From Monocercomonoides exilis PA203 (Eukaryota; Protista; Preaxostyla), in the NCBI GenBank assembly GCA_001643675.2, contig LSRY02000024.1:744001-808000 (forward strand): 64,000 bases of DNA. The letters run 5' to 3'. The position numbers were made by a program, and so were the translations under genes. This document shows positions 36,901-48,223 of this stretch, piece after piece; positions within the stretch are counted from its first letter, which is position 1; the number at the start of each line of letters is the position of its first letter. The notes under the pieces are model-generated. The model worked only from the letters and a program-made list of their open reading frames with translations. It was not told the DNA's origin and searched no databases.

Positions 36901-38222
36901 AAGAAGTGTCCTCCATCTTCTCTTCATCTGAAGAATCGGAATTCGAAGAAGAAGACGAAGACGACGAAGAAGAAGCAGATTCACTCAGCACTTTCTCTTT
37001 TCTTTTCTTTCTCTCCTTCTCTCTTCTTTCTGGTTCTGGTGTTCCATATGGATCGAAGTCTGGAAGCATCCATGGCTTCGCCTCTGCCACATACTCCTCC
37101 GAAAGCAGCTGCATCAGCTCTTCAATCGAAGGCGCTGTTGTCTTCGAAGGTTGTGAAGCAGAAGGAAGGAAGTTGCTAAGTTCAATCACTTCAACCTCTT
37201 TCTCTTTCTCTTTCTCCTTTTCCTTCTCATTTTCATTCTCCTTCTCATTCTCCTTCTCTTTCTCATCTGAAGAAGAAGATTCCGTCTTTTCCTCCTCATC
37301 CTCTTCCATTTTCTCGCTCTCCTTCATCCTCTCCTTCTCGTCTTCCTCCTCTTCGTGCCCCAGCACATGCGCCACATACGGCCGGTGCCTCACCACATTC
37401 ACGCTGTTCAGTGCTTGTATGTACAGCTTCTCCAAGTCAATCGGCTTCTTCGAGCTTTCAATCAGAAGCGGATCCATCCCATCCTGCCCATACACAAACT
37501 GCACTACCCCTCCCACGCAGTTCCGCACCGACCCGTCATATTCTGAGGACAGATCTTCCAGCGCCTTCATCAGCCTCCGCTGCATATACCCTGTCTCTGC
37601 TGTCTTCACAGCTGTGTCCACCAACCCTTCACGCCCAGCCATTGTGTGGAAGAAGAACTCTGTTCCAGTCATCCCTGTGAAGAACGAGTTGCGCACAAAG
37701 CCCTTTGAGACACCATCACGCGAGTTGTGAGGGAAGTGGGGGAGCGAGCGGTCGCCGAATCCGTTCGGGATACGATGGCCAGACACAATCTGCTGCCCGA
37801 CACACGCCACCATCTGTGAGATGTTGATGGTTGACCCTTTCGAGCCAGACAGTGCCATGATCAGTGGCGCATTCGACGGAGGCAGCGCCTCAAGGCACAT
37901 CGCACCAGCATCATCACGGATCTTCGACAGAAGCTTGTTGATTTGGCTTTCCATCGTCTCTTCGGCTGTGCAGCCGGGCGCTGGCTGGATTTCTCCGCGG
38001 TCGAATTCTGCAATCACTTCGAATGTCTTGCGGTACCCTTCTTTAACAAGCTCCTCTTTCTTCGCTGTCACAGCAGCCGAGGGCGTCACATCGCCAATTC
38101 CGATACTGAAGCCTTGGTTGGCTGAAATTGGGGAGATAAAATGGAAATAGTTGATAAAATATAAATATTATTTGTTTTATTTTACAAAAATGAATTATAA
38201 ACAAATAAATAAATGCAGTTGA

Positions 38223-38269
<47 letters not shown>

Positions 38270-40474
38270 AAAATATTAATATATTTATATTAAACATACT
38301 AATCCATCTACCAGAAAACTTCGACAGCCTCACCATGCACTGCGCAGCATATGCTGGCCCCACAGTCTTCATCAGTCTGAAAAACAGTCCATTTTTGCTT
38401 CCACTTCCCAGTGTTGATTTGCAAAGTGTACCAGACACCAGCTGCGAGTCGCGGAAGCAGACGTAGCCGTCATTCACGTCCATGTGCGTGTCTGGCGGGT
38501 TGCGCTTGTTCTTTTTGTACGTCTTCTCCTCCAGCTCAAACGAAATCGACACGTGGTACTTCTTCTTGTTCGGGCAGATCAGCACGCCAAACAGCTGTTT
38601 TCCTGTCCACAGCTGCATCGGCTTGACGACAGCTGGTGGAGGAATGACAACATCCTCGTTCGCATCAAACATATACGCAATCGCCTGGCAGAACTCGCTT
38701 TTGCTCATGAAAAAGCCCTTTCGAGTGACTAAAAAGGATGACGTGAGGAAATCTTGAGTGGCAGCAACCAAGGGAGTTCCGTTTCTTGGAGTGCAAAGAT
38801 TGTGCAAAACCTTTTTTTAAAAAAAGAAATGAACGAAGAAAAAAATATTTATTAATAAAACAACATAAATAAGATTTTTCGTTAATTCAATGATATTAAA
38901 ATTAACAGAGAGTAATAATAAAACAACAATCATACGCTCATCAGTGTCAGAGCCTCAGCCCTTGCTTCCTGTGTCTGCGGAACATGAATGTTCATCTCAT
39001 CCCCATCAAAATCTGCATTGTACGGTGTGCACACACACTCGTTGAATCTGAACGTGCGCCACGGAAACACTCTCACTCGATGTGCCATAATCGACACACG
39101 ATGAAGAGATGGCTGCCGGTTGAACAGGATCACATCACCGTCCACCAGATGCCGCTCCACAATGTCTCCGTCTGCCAGCCGATTCGCCGTCTTCACAAGA
39201 TCACCAAACTTCAGCAAGTATTGGAATCCGTTCTTCTTCTTCACGATGTTCGCTCCTGGATGTACCTCTGACCCGTTCCTCACCAGCTTCTTCAGCCACT
39301 CTCTGTTGTGGCGGTTGACCACCTCAGGAAACGTCAAATGCATCGCAACAAGTTTCGGAATACCGACTTGGTCGATCCGCAGATTCGGATCCGGAGAAAT
39401 AACTGTTCTTCCGGAGAAATCCACACGCTTTCCGCACAGGTTACCACGAAATCTACCTTGCTTTCCTTTCAAGCGCTGAGACAGCCCTCGCTTGGGCTTG
39501 GCTGCAAATTCGCGTGGCAGTCCAGGCATTTCAGAGTTGATGTGCAGAGCCATGTGAAGCTGAAGAAAATCCCAGTTTTCGATCACAGACACCATTCCAG
39601 ATCCTTTTTCTAAGTGATCTTGAAGCAAGTTGTTCACATGCGTAATCTCCATTATCTTCGTTGTCACATCATCTTCGTTGCTTCCCATTGATGGATCATT
39701 GATAACAGAAGGTCTAATTGAAGCGGGGGGAACTGGAAGATGTGTCAGAATCATGTGTTCTGGTCGCGTGCGAGGAGGGTTGAACCCAAGTAACAAGGCA
39801 TCTTCATCTGGCATCATTTGAAAAAGGCGAAGTGCTCTCAGAGGGCTTATCCAATCCTGAGCTCTGTCGATGTAATCCTGAATCTCCCTATCAAAAGCAA
39901 TCGCAGAAGTCATTGCATCAGCAAATTCTTCTTTTGCAGTGGTATCTTTCATACTAAAAAGAAAATGTGTAAGTTTTAAAGGAGCTGTTTTTTTGACGAT
40001 TCCATTCTGCTTTCCACAAAACGGACAAATTTTAATTTTTTTAGCTTGGGTAATGTTTCGTTTTACCAAAACACCTTTTCGTAATGAATCAATATTTGGA
40101 TTTGTTAAATTACTAAGCATTCTAATTTTATCATCTCCATCTTTCAACAATGCACGCCCACAAAATTTGCAGCAGCATTGAAGTGTAGTTAATGTGTGTT
40201 TTAAAAACCCAATATGAAAACAAGGCAAAGCAAGTTTTATGTATCCAAAATGACCGACGCAATTTTCCACTTTTTCACCACAAGTCTGGCAAATACCTTC
40301 TTTTGTGGATAAGCCTAATCTCAGATCAAGCGCACCATACATAACAGGAATACGAGTATCTTTCTGATAAAGATTATTTGTGACAACTGGAACTGATGCA
40401 CTCTTAACTACTTCCCTTCCAGTCATCATCGTGAACTGTATTTTGCTGATTTCACATTGTGAAGTGATTGTCAT
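34322..40474 (-). CDS. RPC1: DNA-directed RNA polymerase III largest subunit (RPC1/POLR3A)
   Basis: Zn motifs [36 protein letters not shown], catalytic [28 protein letters not shown] and [16 protein letters not shown]. Pol III-type C-terminus [31 protein letters not shown] and no heptad CTD. Five exons; a short extra 5' exon from ~40555 is possible. Confidence 0.95.
38227..38267. repeat. (TC)n microsatellite in an RPC1 intron
   Basis: Directly visible. Confidence 0.9.
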
Positions 40475-40671
40475 GATTAACCTTAAAACTGAAAATGAAA
40501 AACAAAAACAAAAATTTTGCTTGATCTAACCCATGACGAGCTTCGATTTTCTCATTCACTATTCAAAGCTAATCAAATATTGCTATGATTTTTATTGACT
40601 ATAGGTAATTTTTCACAGAAAGTTATGAGAAATAAATAAAGTATGGATTCGATCAGACAATACTTTTGAAA

Positions 40672-43600
40672 ATGTCTGAATATTCTTCTTTATCCGTTGG
40701 GTACATGTTTGATGACCCACTTCATCCTTATGTCCCAATATCTGCTCCAAATTTATACAGATCATATCATGAAATCCGCGAGCTTTCTGTTGATTTTGGC
40801 ATAACAACTCTTACTCAACCTGGTTACGGGATCAATCAAGAAGGAGATTTAATTTCCGTTGACTCAGATTTTGTTTTACTTAATTTAACATGGAGTAACC
40901 ATACAATGATTAGGATCCCTTCCGACATTGTTAGACAACTTGAAAGCACTGATACTGAAGAAAGAAATTCGGCACATAAACGTTTTCTTCAACTCGTTGA
41001 TTGGGCTCAGCACTTAAGCTTGCCAGCTATTTATGTGCCAAGTCCAACATGTGCACATCCAGTCCAGTTGGCAAAGACACTTCGGGAAAGTCTTGATCTT
41101 TGTGCCGAAGCACCATCGTTTTGGCTTGAAATCCCTCTTCTGGGAAGAGAAGAAAATGAATCCAATTCTTCTAATGATGGCATTATCGATCCATGGGATA
41201 CATGGGATTGGATTAGATGTGCATGCGACAGTAATAGTTTATTGAGAATTGCATTGAAATTTCCTTCATCAAATGATCCTGACGTTCTTCCAATACCTTC
41301 TTCAATTGAAATTGGGAGATGGCTATCAGAATATGTTGCAGCTATTGTTCTTCCAACTGATTTATTCCGCACAAATCCATCACATTATCCGTGCTTAGCT
41401 GTTAAAATGCAAAAGATATTGAGACAAGTTATGAAAGCTGGATCTATTCAAGTTGTTATTTGCGGTCCTCCTCGACATTTCCCACCAACGCTTGAGGATG
41501 GAGAAGATGGACCCGTAGAAAGAGTGGTTTGGGGAGACGAAGAAGAAAGCGAGACAAGCAGCGATAGCAGCGAAGAAGGAGACGAGGATGCACCTTCGAA
41601 AAAAAGAAAGAATAAGAAGAAGGACACTTTTCGCAATACAATTGGGTTGATTGCGCCGAGGCCTGGCGAAGAGGGAGAAGATCCCATTGGCGTTGCCAAA
41701 AGCGAGGAATGGCTGAACTACAAAAATCAGCAGAAAAGAAAGAGAAACAAGAGAAGAGCAATGAAAGGCAAAGGAAACAAAGGCAAAAAAGCTGCAAATG
41801 CAGCAGACGGAGAAGAGAATCCGAAAGAACAAGGAGAATCAGACGACGACGAAGATGACATTTCACCACGAGAGAAGTATCTGAGATATTATCGAGCACA
41901 CACTCAGCTGTATAGTAAGTATATCCAGTATCTGGGAAGAGTAATTTCACCCACTCTATTCTCAGCTGTAGAATCGTATTTGGCATCTTTCCGTGACTAT
42001 CTTCAATCTCCTCTGCAGCCACTGAAGGATCAGCTGCATTCACAGACATACGAGACATTTGAGAAGGATCCTGTGAAGTATCGTCTGTATCAGGAAGGCA
42101 TCACAGCAGCACTGGCCTCGCTGCCTGCCCTGCTGTTCGGAGGAGTGGATGCAGAGAGAGGAGTGTGGAGAAGAGTGTACAGACACCCTTCGCATTACAG
42201 TTCGTATTCTTATCACTTCAAACACAGTCAGAAGCAGCATGGACAGCAAGTTGGGTGTGGGTGGAAAGTTATTTGCGAGAAGAGAAGGGCTTGGATTGAA
42301 AAGCAAAAAGCTAACAATTATGCAGCTGACCACAAAGAATGGCTGAAAGAATTGGAAAAAGAGTTGAGGAAGAAAAGAGAGGAGCAAAATGGAAACAAAA
42401 AAGAAAAAGATGAAAAAGACGAAGACAATGAAGAAGATGATGAAGACGAAGACGAAGATGAGCTTACTGTATCTCCACTTGTGATGCTTTTGGGAGCTGG
42501 TCGTGGGCCGCTTCTCAGATGCATTTTCCGTGCCATTGCAAAAGTGAATGAAATCAGGGAGTGGATGGTTGAAGAACTGGAAAAGGAAGAGAAGAAGAAG
42601 ATGATGACAAGCAACGAGAAAGACGAGGAGAAAGAGAAAAGCGACAGAATGAATCGCTTATCAGAGATGATGAAAGATGTAATAAAAGAAGAGAAAAAGA
42701 AGACAAACGAATTTGGAGATTCAGATGAAGAAGAGGAAGATGAAGAGGACAAATTAGACGAAGCAGCGTTGGCAGAAGCAGAAGAAGAGATCTTTGACAA
42801 AGATGACACAACTGAAGAAGCGAAAAAGAGGAATTGGATGAAGTCTTTCCGAAAGGTGTTTCCACAGATTACTGTTCCAACAGTAGCTCAGCTGGAGACA
42901 GCACTGACTCCGCTGATCACTCCAAGTTCTGAGGAAAACAAAGAAGCTGAAAGAGAATCAACATCATCTGCTCCCAAAGTGGATCTGAATGATTTGATTG
43001 CGATGCTGTCGCTTCCAGTGAGTCCGCGTGTTGTGGCACTGGAGAAGAACCAGAATGCGCTCATCACCCTCAAAGCACTCACGGGCAAAGAATGGCCAGC
43101 AGATGTGGAGCTTCTCTCGGCAGATATGAGAGAAAAAGAGGAAAGCAAAGAAGGTAAATGTGGGAAAAAGAAGGAAGAGAAAACAACGAAAGATAGCATT
43201 AATGAAGATATGTTTGGCATCAAATCTTCTTCTTCATCAGCCTCATCATCATCTTCTTCTCTCGTCACTTCATCCTGCTCGTCATACTTCGGAAAGGCGT
43301 CTCTCATCGTCTCTGAGCTTTTGGGCTCCTTTGGCGACAACGAGCTGTCACCCGAGTGTCTGGACGGCGGGCAGCGGTTTTTGAGGTGTCAGAGAGGCGG
43401 CGGTGTCTCTATTCCTGCAGACTCGTCCTCGTGGCTGTGCCCTGTATGTGCTCCGTTTGTGCACAGCGAGATTGAGGAAATGGCATTTTCATGGCCGCTT
43501 TTGAAGGAGAAGGAGAAGGAAAGGAAAGAGCTGAAGGAGAAGGAGCAAAGAACTGGCGATAAATGCGAAGGATCAGAAAGCGAAGAAAGCGAAGAGATGA

Positions 43601-44460
43601 AGAAAAGTCCTTATTATTTAACTGTGAAAGATGGAATTGTATCAATTCCGTTGAAAAAGATTGAAGAAGAGGAAGAAGAAGGAAAAGAAGAGGATTGTTC
43701 TTACAAGACACTTCGTGTCTCTCCATTTGAGACCCCGTTTGTGGTGAAGCTGCATCGCCACATAAGAACAGCAGCTATCAAACGAGTGTTTACGTTTGTG
43801 CATCCTAATCCAATATTGCCGCCTTCCTTCAAACAATGCTGCGGAAAGGATGTTAGTGAAGGAGGTGAGCTTGGCGGAGAGCATAGCAATGAAAAAGCGT
43901 TTTTGCCTTATTATTCGATGCCTTCTTCAAACGAACACAACGAAAGAGTGATTAAGGTTACATTCACAGCTGGACTCACTGCACGATGGCACGGCTTTGT
44001 TGGGTATTTCACGTCAACGCTGTTCAAATACGATTCTCCTTCTCCATTCAACTCTCTCCCATTCGATTCGTCCAAGACAGAAGCATTGCCTTCGTCAAGC
44101 TCTTCTTCGAATGCTGTTGAAAGTGGGGGTTCTTCAGATAAATCGAGCGACTGCGAGAAAGACAGTAGCAAATGTGCAAATGACCAGCTTTTATCAGACC
44201 CAACGCCATCTCCGATGTGCATTCAGCTCTCAACCCATCCGTTTTCTCATTCTCCTGACATGTACTCTTGGTTCCCTATCTTCTTCCCTCTCACAGTTCC
44301 TGTGCGTGTTGAAAGAGGAGAGCAAGTGGAAGTGTCTATGAGAAGAAGATATTCAGAGCAACGAAATGAAGTGTGGTATGAATGGAGGATTTCATCACCT
44401 CCACATCTTGTGACGCACTGGCACAATGAAAATGGAAGGAGCTACTCTATTGGATGCTAA
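40672..44460 (+). CDS. PRMT5: Protein arginine N-methyltransferase 5 (PRMT5/Skb1/Hsl7), expanded by inserts
   Basis: Intronless. Motifs DYLQSPLQPLKDQLHSQTYETFEKDPVKY, LGAGRGPL, ALEKN, IVSELLGSFGDNELSPECLDG, HGFVGYF, SPDMYSWFPIFFPL and HNENGRSY. First ATG 40672. Confidence 0.96.
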   Translation: MSEYSSLSVGYMFDDPLHPYVPISAPNLYRSYHEIRELSVDFGITTLTQPGYGINQEGDLISVDSDFVLLNLTWSNHTMIRIPSDIVRQLESTDTEERNSAHKRFLQLVDWAQHLSLPAIYVPSPTCAHPVQLAKTLRESLDLCAEAPSFWLEIPLLGREENESNSSNDGIIDPWDTWDWIRCACDSNSLLRIALKFPSSNDPDVLPIPSSIEIGRWLSEYVAAIVLPTDLFRTNPSHYPCLAVKMQKILRQVMKAGSIQVVICGPPRHFPPTLEDGEDGPVERVVWGDEEESETSSDSSEEGDEDAPSKKRKNKKKDTFRNTIGLIAPRPGEEGEDPIGVAKSEEWLNYKNQQKRKRNKRRAMKGKGNKGKKAANAADGEENPKEQGESDDDEDDISPREKYLRYYRAHTQLYSKYIQYLGRVISPTLFSAVESYLASFRDYLQSPLQPLKDQLHSQTYETFEKDPVKYRLYQEGITAALASLPALLFGGVDAERGVWRRVYRHPSHYSSYSYHFKHSQKQHGQQVGCGWKVICEKRRAWIEKQKANNYAADHKEWLKELEKELRKKREEQNGNKKEKDEKDEDNEEDDEDEDEDELTVSPLVMLLGAGRGPLLRCIFRAIAKVNEIREWMVEELEKEEKKKMMTSNEKDEEKEKSDRMNRLSEMMKDVIKEEKKKTNEFGDSDEEEEDEEDKLDEAALAEAEEEIFDKDDTTEEAKKRNWMKSFRKVFPQITVPTVAQLETALTPLITPSSEENKEAERESTSSAPKVDLNDLIAMLSLPVSPRVVALEKNQNALITLKALTGKEWPADVELLSADMREKEESKEGKCGKKKEEKTTKDSINEDMFGIKSSSSSASSSSSSLVTSSCSSYFGKASLIVSELLGSFGDNELSPECLDGGQRFLRCQRGGGVSIPADSSSWLCPVCAPFVHSEIEEMAFSWPLLKEKEKERKELKEKEQRTGDKCEGSESEESEEMKKSPYYLTVKDGIVSIPLKKIEEEEEEGKEEDCSYKTLRVSPFETPFVVKLHRHIRTAAIKRVFTFVHPNPILPPSFKQCCGKDVSEGGELGGEHSNEKAFLPYYSMPSSNEHNERVIKVTFTAGLTARWHGFVGYFTSTLFKYDSPSPFNSLPFDSSKTEALPSSSSSSNAVESGGSSDKSSDCEKDSSKCANDQLLSDPTPSPMCIQLSTHPFSHSPDMYSWFPIFFPLTVPVRVERGEQVEVSMRRRYSEQRNEVWYEWRISSPPHLVTHWHNENGRSYSIGC

Positions 44461-45120
44461 GTTGGTCAAGGAATTTTTTTGAAATGTTTTTCTTCATTTT
44501 GATTTTTGATTTTCGCTTTTAACATTCTCCAAATAATCATTTCGATTTCGATTTCAAATTACATTTATTTCATCGATCTTAACAAATCATCTTTTGTTAT
44601 AAAGTCAATTTAAAAATAGTTATTTCGCATTAAAGAACTCAAGATTTATTGATAAGTTCTATTAGTACGGGTGATGGTGATTCCCACACTTAAAACCAGT
44701 AAAAATATCACATTTAAAACAAAAAATTGTCAAAAATATGGGACGAAGAATATTACTTTATGAATTTTGTTCCATTCAGAGTTTCCTAACAAATTTCTCA
44801 TTTTTTTTAAAATTTTCTTAACATTTTTGTATGAGAATGCTTGACTTTATTTGATATGAAAGTGAAAAAAGTTTGGAACAAATCGTTGTTTTTTTCTTTA
44901 AAGCAAGAATTTTTCCCCATATTTATATAAATGTTCCATACAGATTCACAAAAAAAGTATGCATTCCTTATTCGATTTTCACATCCTTTTTTGCACGCAT
45001 TGCATAGGCCCCGATCACAACTTGATGCCATTTGCCTGATTCTCAGCATTCACTCATCGACAAATCAGCCTTTCTGATCGAATCGCAAAAAGCGGGTTGT
45101 GTTCAAACAATTTTTCCCTT

Positions 45121-46983
45121 TCATAGCTCATTGATTTCCTCAATGTCTCCATCTGCAGCCACAGCATCTGGCTCTGCTTCCACCTCTGTTCTTCGCTCGT
45201 CTCGTTCCCCATCCACAAAACTGCTGCTGCAACAATTACTTCTTCTTGTGCTCCCTTCCCCAGCTCCTTTCTCTCTCCATTTCCATTCTTTCTCATCCCT
45301 TCCCCTCCTTTTCCTTCGTCTCTCCCGCTTCATCTGCCTCATCCCACTTCCTGCATCGTAGAACCGCCTCAACATCTCCTCTGGATCTCTCACCCCAAGC
45401 TCCCATTCACTCTCTCCTTCTCCTCTTTTCTCTCCTCCTCCACCACTGACAATCACCCTCAAGCATCTCATGTGCCCCATCTCACTTTTCTTTCCTTCCC
45501 CATCCCTTCCACTCCAAAAACCTTCATCATCATCATTTTCATCTTCTTCCATTTCATCCTCTCTTTCCCAGCCCCTCATCAGCCAATCTCCCCACTCATC
45601 CTTTCCTCCAACACCAGACATTCTGCTCTCTCCTTCACTTGTTGTCTCCCTTTCTCCTAACTCCTCTTCTTTTCTCCTTTCTCCCTCATTCTCAACCTCG
45701 CTTCCATCTCCCATTTCACCCGCCTCGAGCCATCGCTGAAATTCCAACAATTTGCTTGTTGGCTTCAAATCCTCTTGGAACAATAACCCTTCGTCTCCTT
45801 CCCCTCTCTGCCCTATTTCCTCCAAAAGCATCTGCGAAAGGAGACCTGATGGAAATGTTCCTGCGGGCGATTCTTCTTCTTTCTTCCTCATTTCCCTGTC
45901 TTTCCCGCTCCTTTTGCTCCTCCTCAGCCCTCCATATCCCCCATATCTCAGATCCGGATGCTCTGTGTTTGCATCCAAATCTTCTGCCTTCGCTCCCTTC
46001 CGCTTTGCTCGCTCATACCGCTCCGCCTGCTGCTCCTCCCTTCCCACTCCCTCATTTTCACCTTTCCCTCCTCTCTCCTCTCTTTCTGTTTCCTTCTCCA
46101 AAACACGCCTCTCTGCCTCATCCCACATCCGAGTCTCCTCCTCAGCCTCTTCTCCCCTCCTTTCTGCAACTCCTCCCATCCCTTCCCACTCCTTCCGCAC
46201 CCACACCCCAAACACCTTCCAGTGCTTCATTGCATCCTCCACCTGCCTCCTCCACCGCAAAACCCGTTCCTTCCTCTTCTCCAGCCTGCCTCCTGCCCCT
46301 GCTCCACCCGCTGCCTCCCAGTCTTCCCACCTCCACCGCTTCACCATCTCTCCCCGCTTCCTCTCTTCCAACTTCCATCCTTTCTCCCTCCCAATCCCCT
46401 CCATCTCTTTCCCCATCTCCTTCTTCACCTCTTCCCTTGCCCACTCCTCTCCTTCTTCCTTCTCCATTTCTTTGCATCTTTCGTCAGTTCTTTTCACCCG
46501 CATATCCTCAAGCACCATTTGAGCTGAGCATTCACAGCCCTTGTTTTCATCTTTCATCCCTTTCTCTCTTTCTTCACCAAATATCCCTGTCTCCTGTTCT
46601 CTTCCCAATCCAGCCCCGCTCTCCACCACTGTGTGCGTCTGCCATTCCATTCCTGTCTCTTTCTCTGAAGCACTCTTTTCCACCCAGAATGGCACAGACG
46701 ACTCGCACTTCTCTTTCAATTCGCTGATATTCCCAATTTCCATGGAGCCAGAGTTTGTGTTTGTGCTTGTGCTGCTGCTTGACCACCCACTCCTTCCAGT
46801 CTGCAAATAAGTCTTCATCCATTTCGTTGCCTGCCATTTCGACAACGCCACTTTTTCTGTTTCTTCCCCAGTTTCTTCCCTCATTTCTGCAAGTTCGTGA
46901 GGCATGCCTAATATTTGTGTTGCATGTGCCCTGTCTGTTTCCTTCTTCCACAATTCACGATTTTCTGTCTTCTCTGTCATCAT
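45121..46983 (-). CDS. Hypothetical Glu/Gly/Arg/Trp-rich protein, possibly a degenerate gene
   Basis: 620-codon open frame with a purine-rich coding strand like the neighbouring giant gene. No recognisable domain, and both ends look disrupted. Confidence 0.45.
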   Translation of the reverse strand: MMTEKTENRELWKKETDRAHATQILGMPHELAEMREETGEETEKVALSKWQATKWMKTYLQTGRSGWSSSSTSTNTNSGSMEIGNISELKEKCESSVPFWVEKSASEKETGMEWQTHTVVESGAGLGREQETGIFGEEREKGMKDENKGCECSAQMVLEDMRVKRTDERCKEMEKEEGEEWAREEVKKEMGKEMEGIGREKGWKLEERKRGEMVKRWRWEDWEAAGGAGAGGRLEKRKERVLRWRRQVEDAMKHWKVFGVWVRKEWEGMGGVAERRGEEAEEETRMWDEAERRVLEKETEREERGGKGENEGVGREEQQAERYERAKRKGAKAEDLDANTEHPDLRYGGYGGLRRSKRSGKDREMRKKEEESPAGTFPSGLLSQMLLEEIGQRGEGDEGLLFQEDLKPTSKLLEFQRWLEAGEMGDGSEVENEGERRKEEELGERETTSEGESRMSGVGGKDEWGDWLMRGWEREDEMEEDENDDDEGFWSGRDGEGKKSEMGHMRCLRVIVSGGGGEKRGEGESEWELGVRDPEEMLRRFYDAGSGMRQMKRERRRKRRGRDEKEWKWREKGAGEGSTRRSNCCSSSFVDGERDERRTEVEAEPDAVAADGDIEEINEL

Positions 46984-48223
46984 TGCCAGAATTCTTCACA
47001 ATTAATTCCATCGTTAACAAAAGCCTTGAATATGTGTTTCTTTGCAACTATCCCACTTGTGATGCTCTTCAATGCCTGTTAAAAATAAGACAATCCAATT
47101 CATAAGTTGTTTTTCGTTTTAGTTTATTTTTCTTTTCAAAGAGAGTCACAAAAAATAAATTTCGTAAAAAAAATTATTCATAAAGAAGATACATAACACA
47201 TTCTTCAGTTTTGCATTGCAATTTGGTTTTGGGGAAAGATTTATGTGATTTTAATCAAGGCGATGATGAGCTCATGATTTCAAAAGAGAATCGATTGGCT
47301 GCCTTCTGCTCGCGAATGCAAAATGCAAAAAGAAGCATTTTTGTCGGTTCTTTTTCATTTGTCCGAGATATTTTTTTTCCAGACAAAAAGAGAAAATAAA
47401 AATTAGAAAAAACGATCAGGCAAATGATATTTGATTGTTTCATTGTTGGATTTTTTAACATGTGTTATTATTCAATTCATTGAAGGCGATTTTTTAACGT
47501 GCTTGAGTGTTTTTAATGAGTTGGATTTGTTTGTGTTGATTTGCTGTGCAGACATCTTTTGAGAAGAAATAACAATATTTGTTTTTGGTGATGAAAGCGA
47601 ATCATTTATTTTCATATTGGAATATTTTTTCCATAAATGTCCCAATGTTTCAATACTTTTAAACTTATTGCTTTCGCTCAGAGCTTGCTGTTTGAATTGA
47701 AGCGTTTTTTTGACTTTTTTGATTTTTTGAATCACGGCTTTTGAACAAACTGAAAATGATTTTTCTTTGTGGAAAATATTCGAGAATTGCTATATAGTTG
47801 TAATTCAATTTATTGTGTTTCTGAATCATCAAAGCTTTTTCGTGCATTTTAGATTTATTTTTTTAAAAACAAAGAGTTATTCTGGTTTTCCAAATTAAAA
47901 AAAGCAATATTTTCTTCTATTTTTTGTTTTTTTTATTCTTTTTACGAATTTGTTATATATTATTTATGACATTATTGATTTTCTTTTGATTATTGTTATT
48001 TTTTTCATTTTATTGAATATTATTTTTTTTATGTTATATTTTGCGAATATTCTGATTATCTCATTTATTCATTTACTAAGTTGATCTTTTTCAATTGTTA
48101 TTGAATCTGTATTTATTGTCTTTCATAATTTCATCTTCAGTGTTTTCTGGAAAGCCAAAAGATGGGATTAATGGGGCAGGAAACAAAAGAAAGGCAATTT
48201 ATGGGTCAATTCGATCCGGAAAG

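Noticed and set aside
44737-44922. ATAT|GGGACG...TTCCCC|ATAT as another MITE, and AAAT|GGGTGCG at ~55960
   Set aside because: Terminal complementarity beyond GGG/CCC is poor, and no partner end was found for the second site.
48095-48223. 5' extensions from TTG starts in the ORF track (also 18657-18707 and 40666-40671)
   Set aside because: The first in-frame ATGs (48224, 18656, 40672) give sensible N-termini for a eukaryote.
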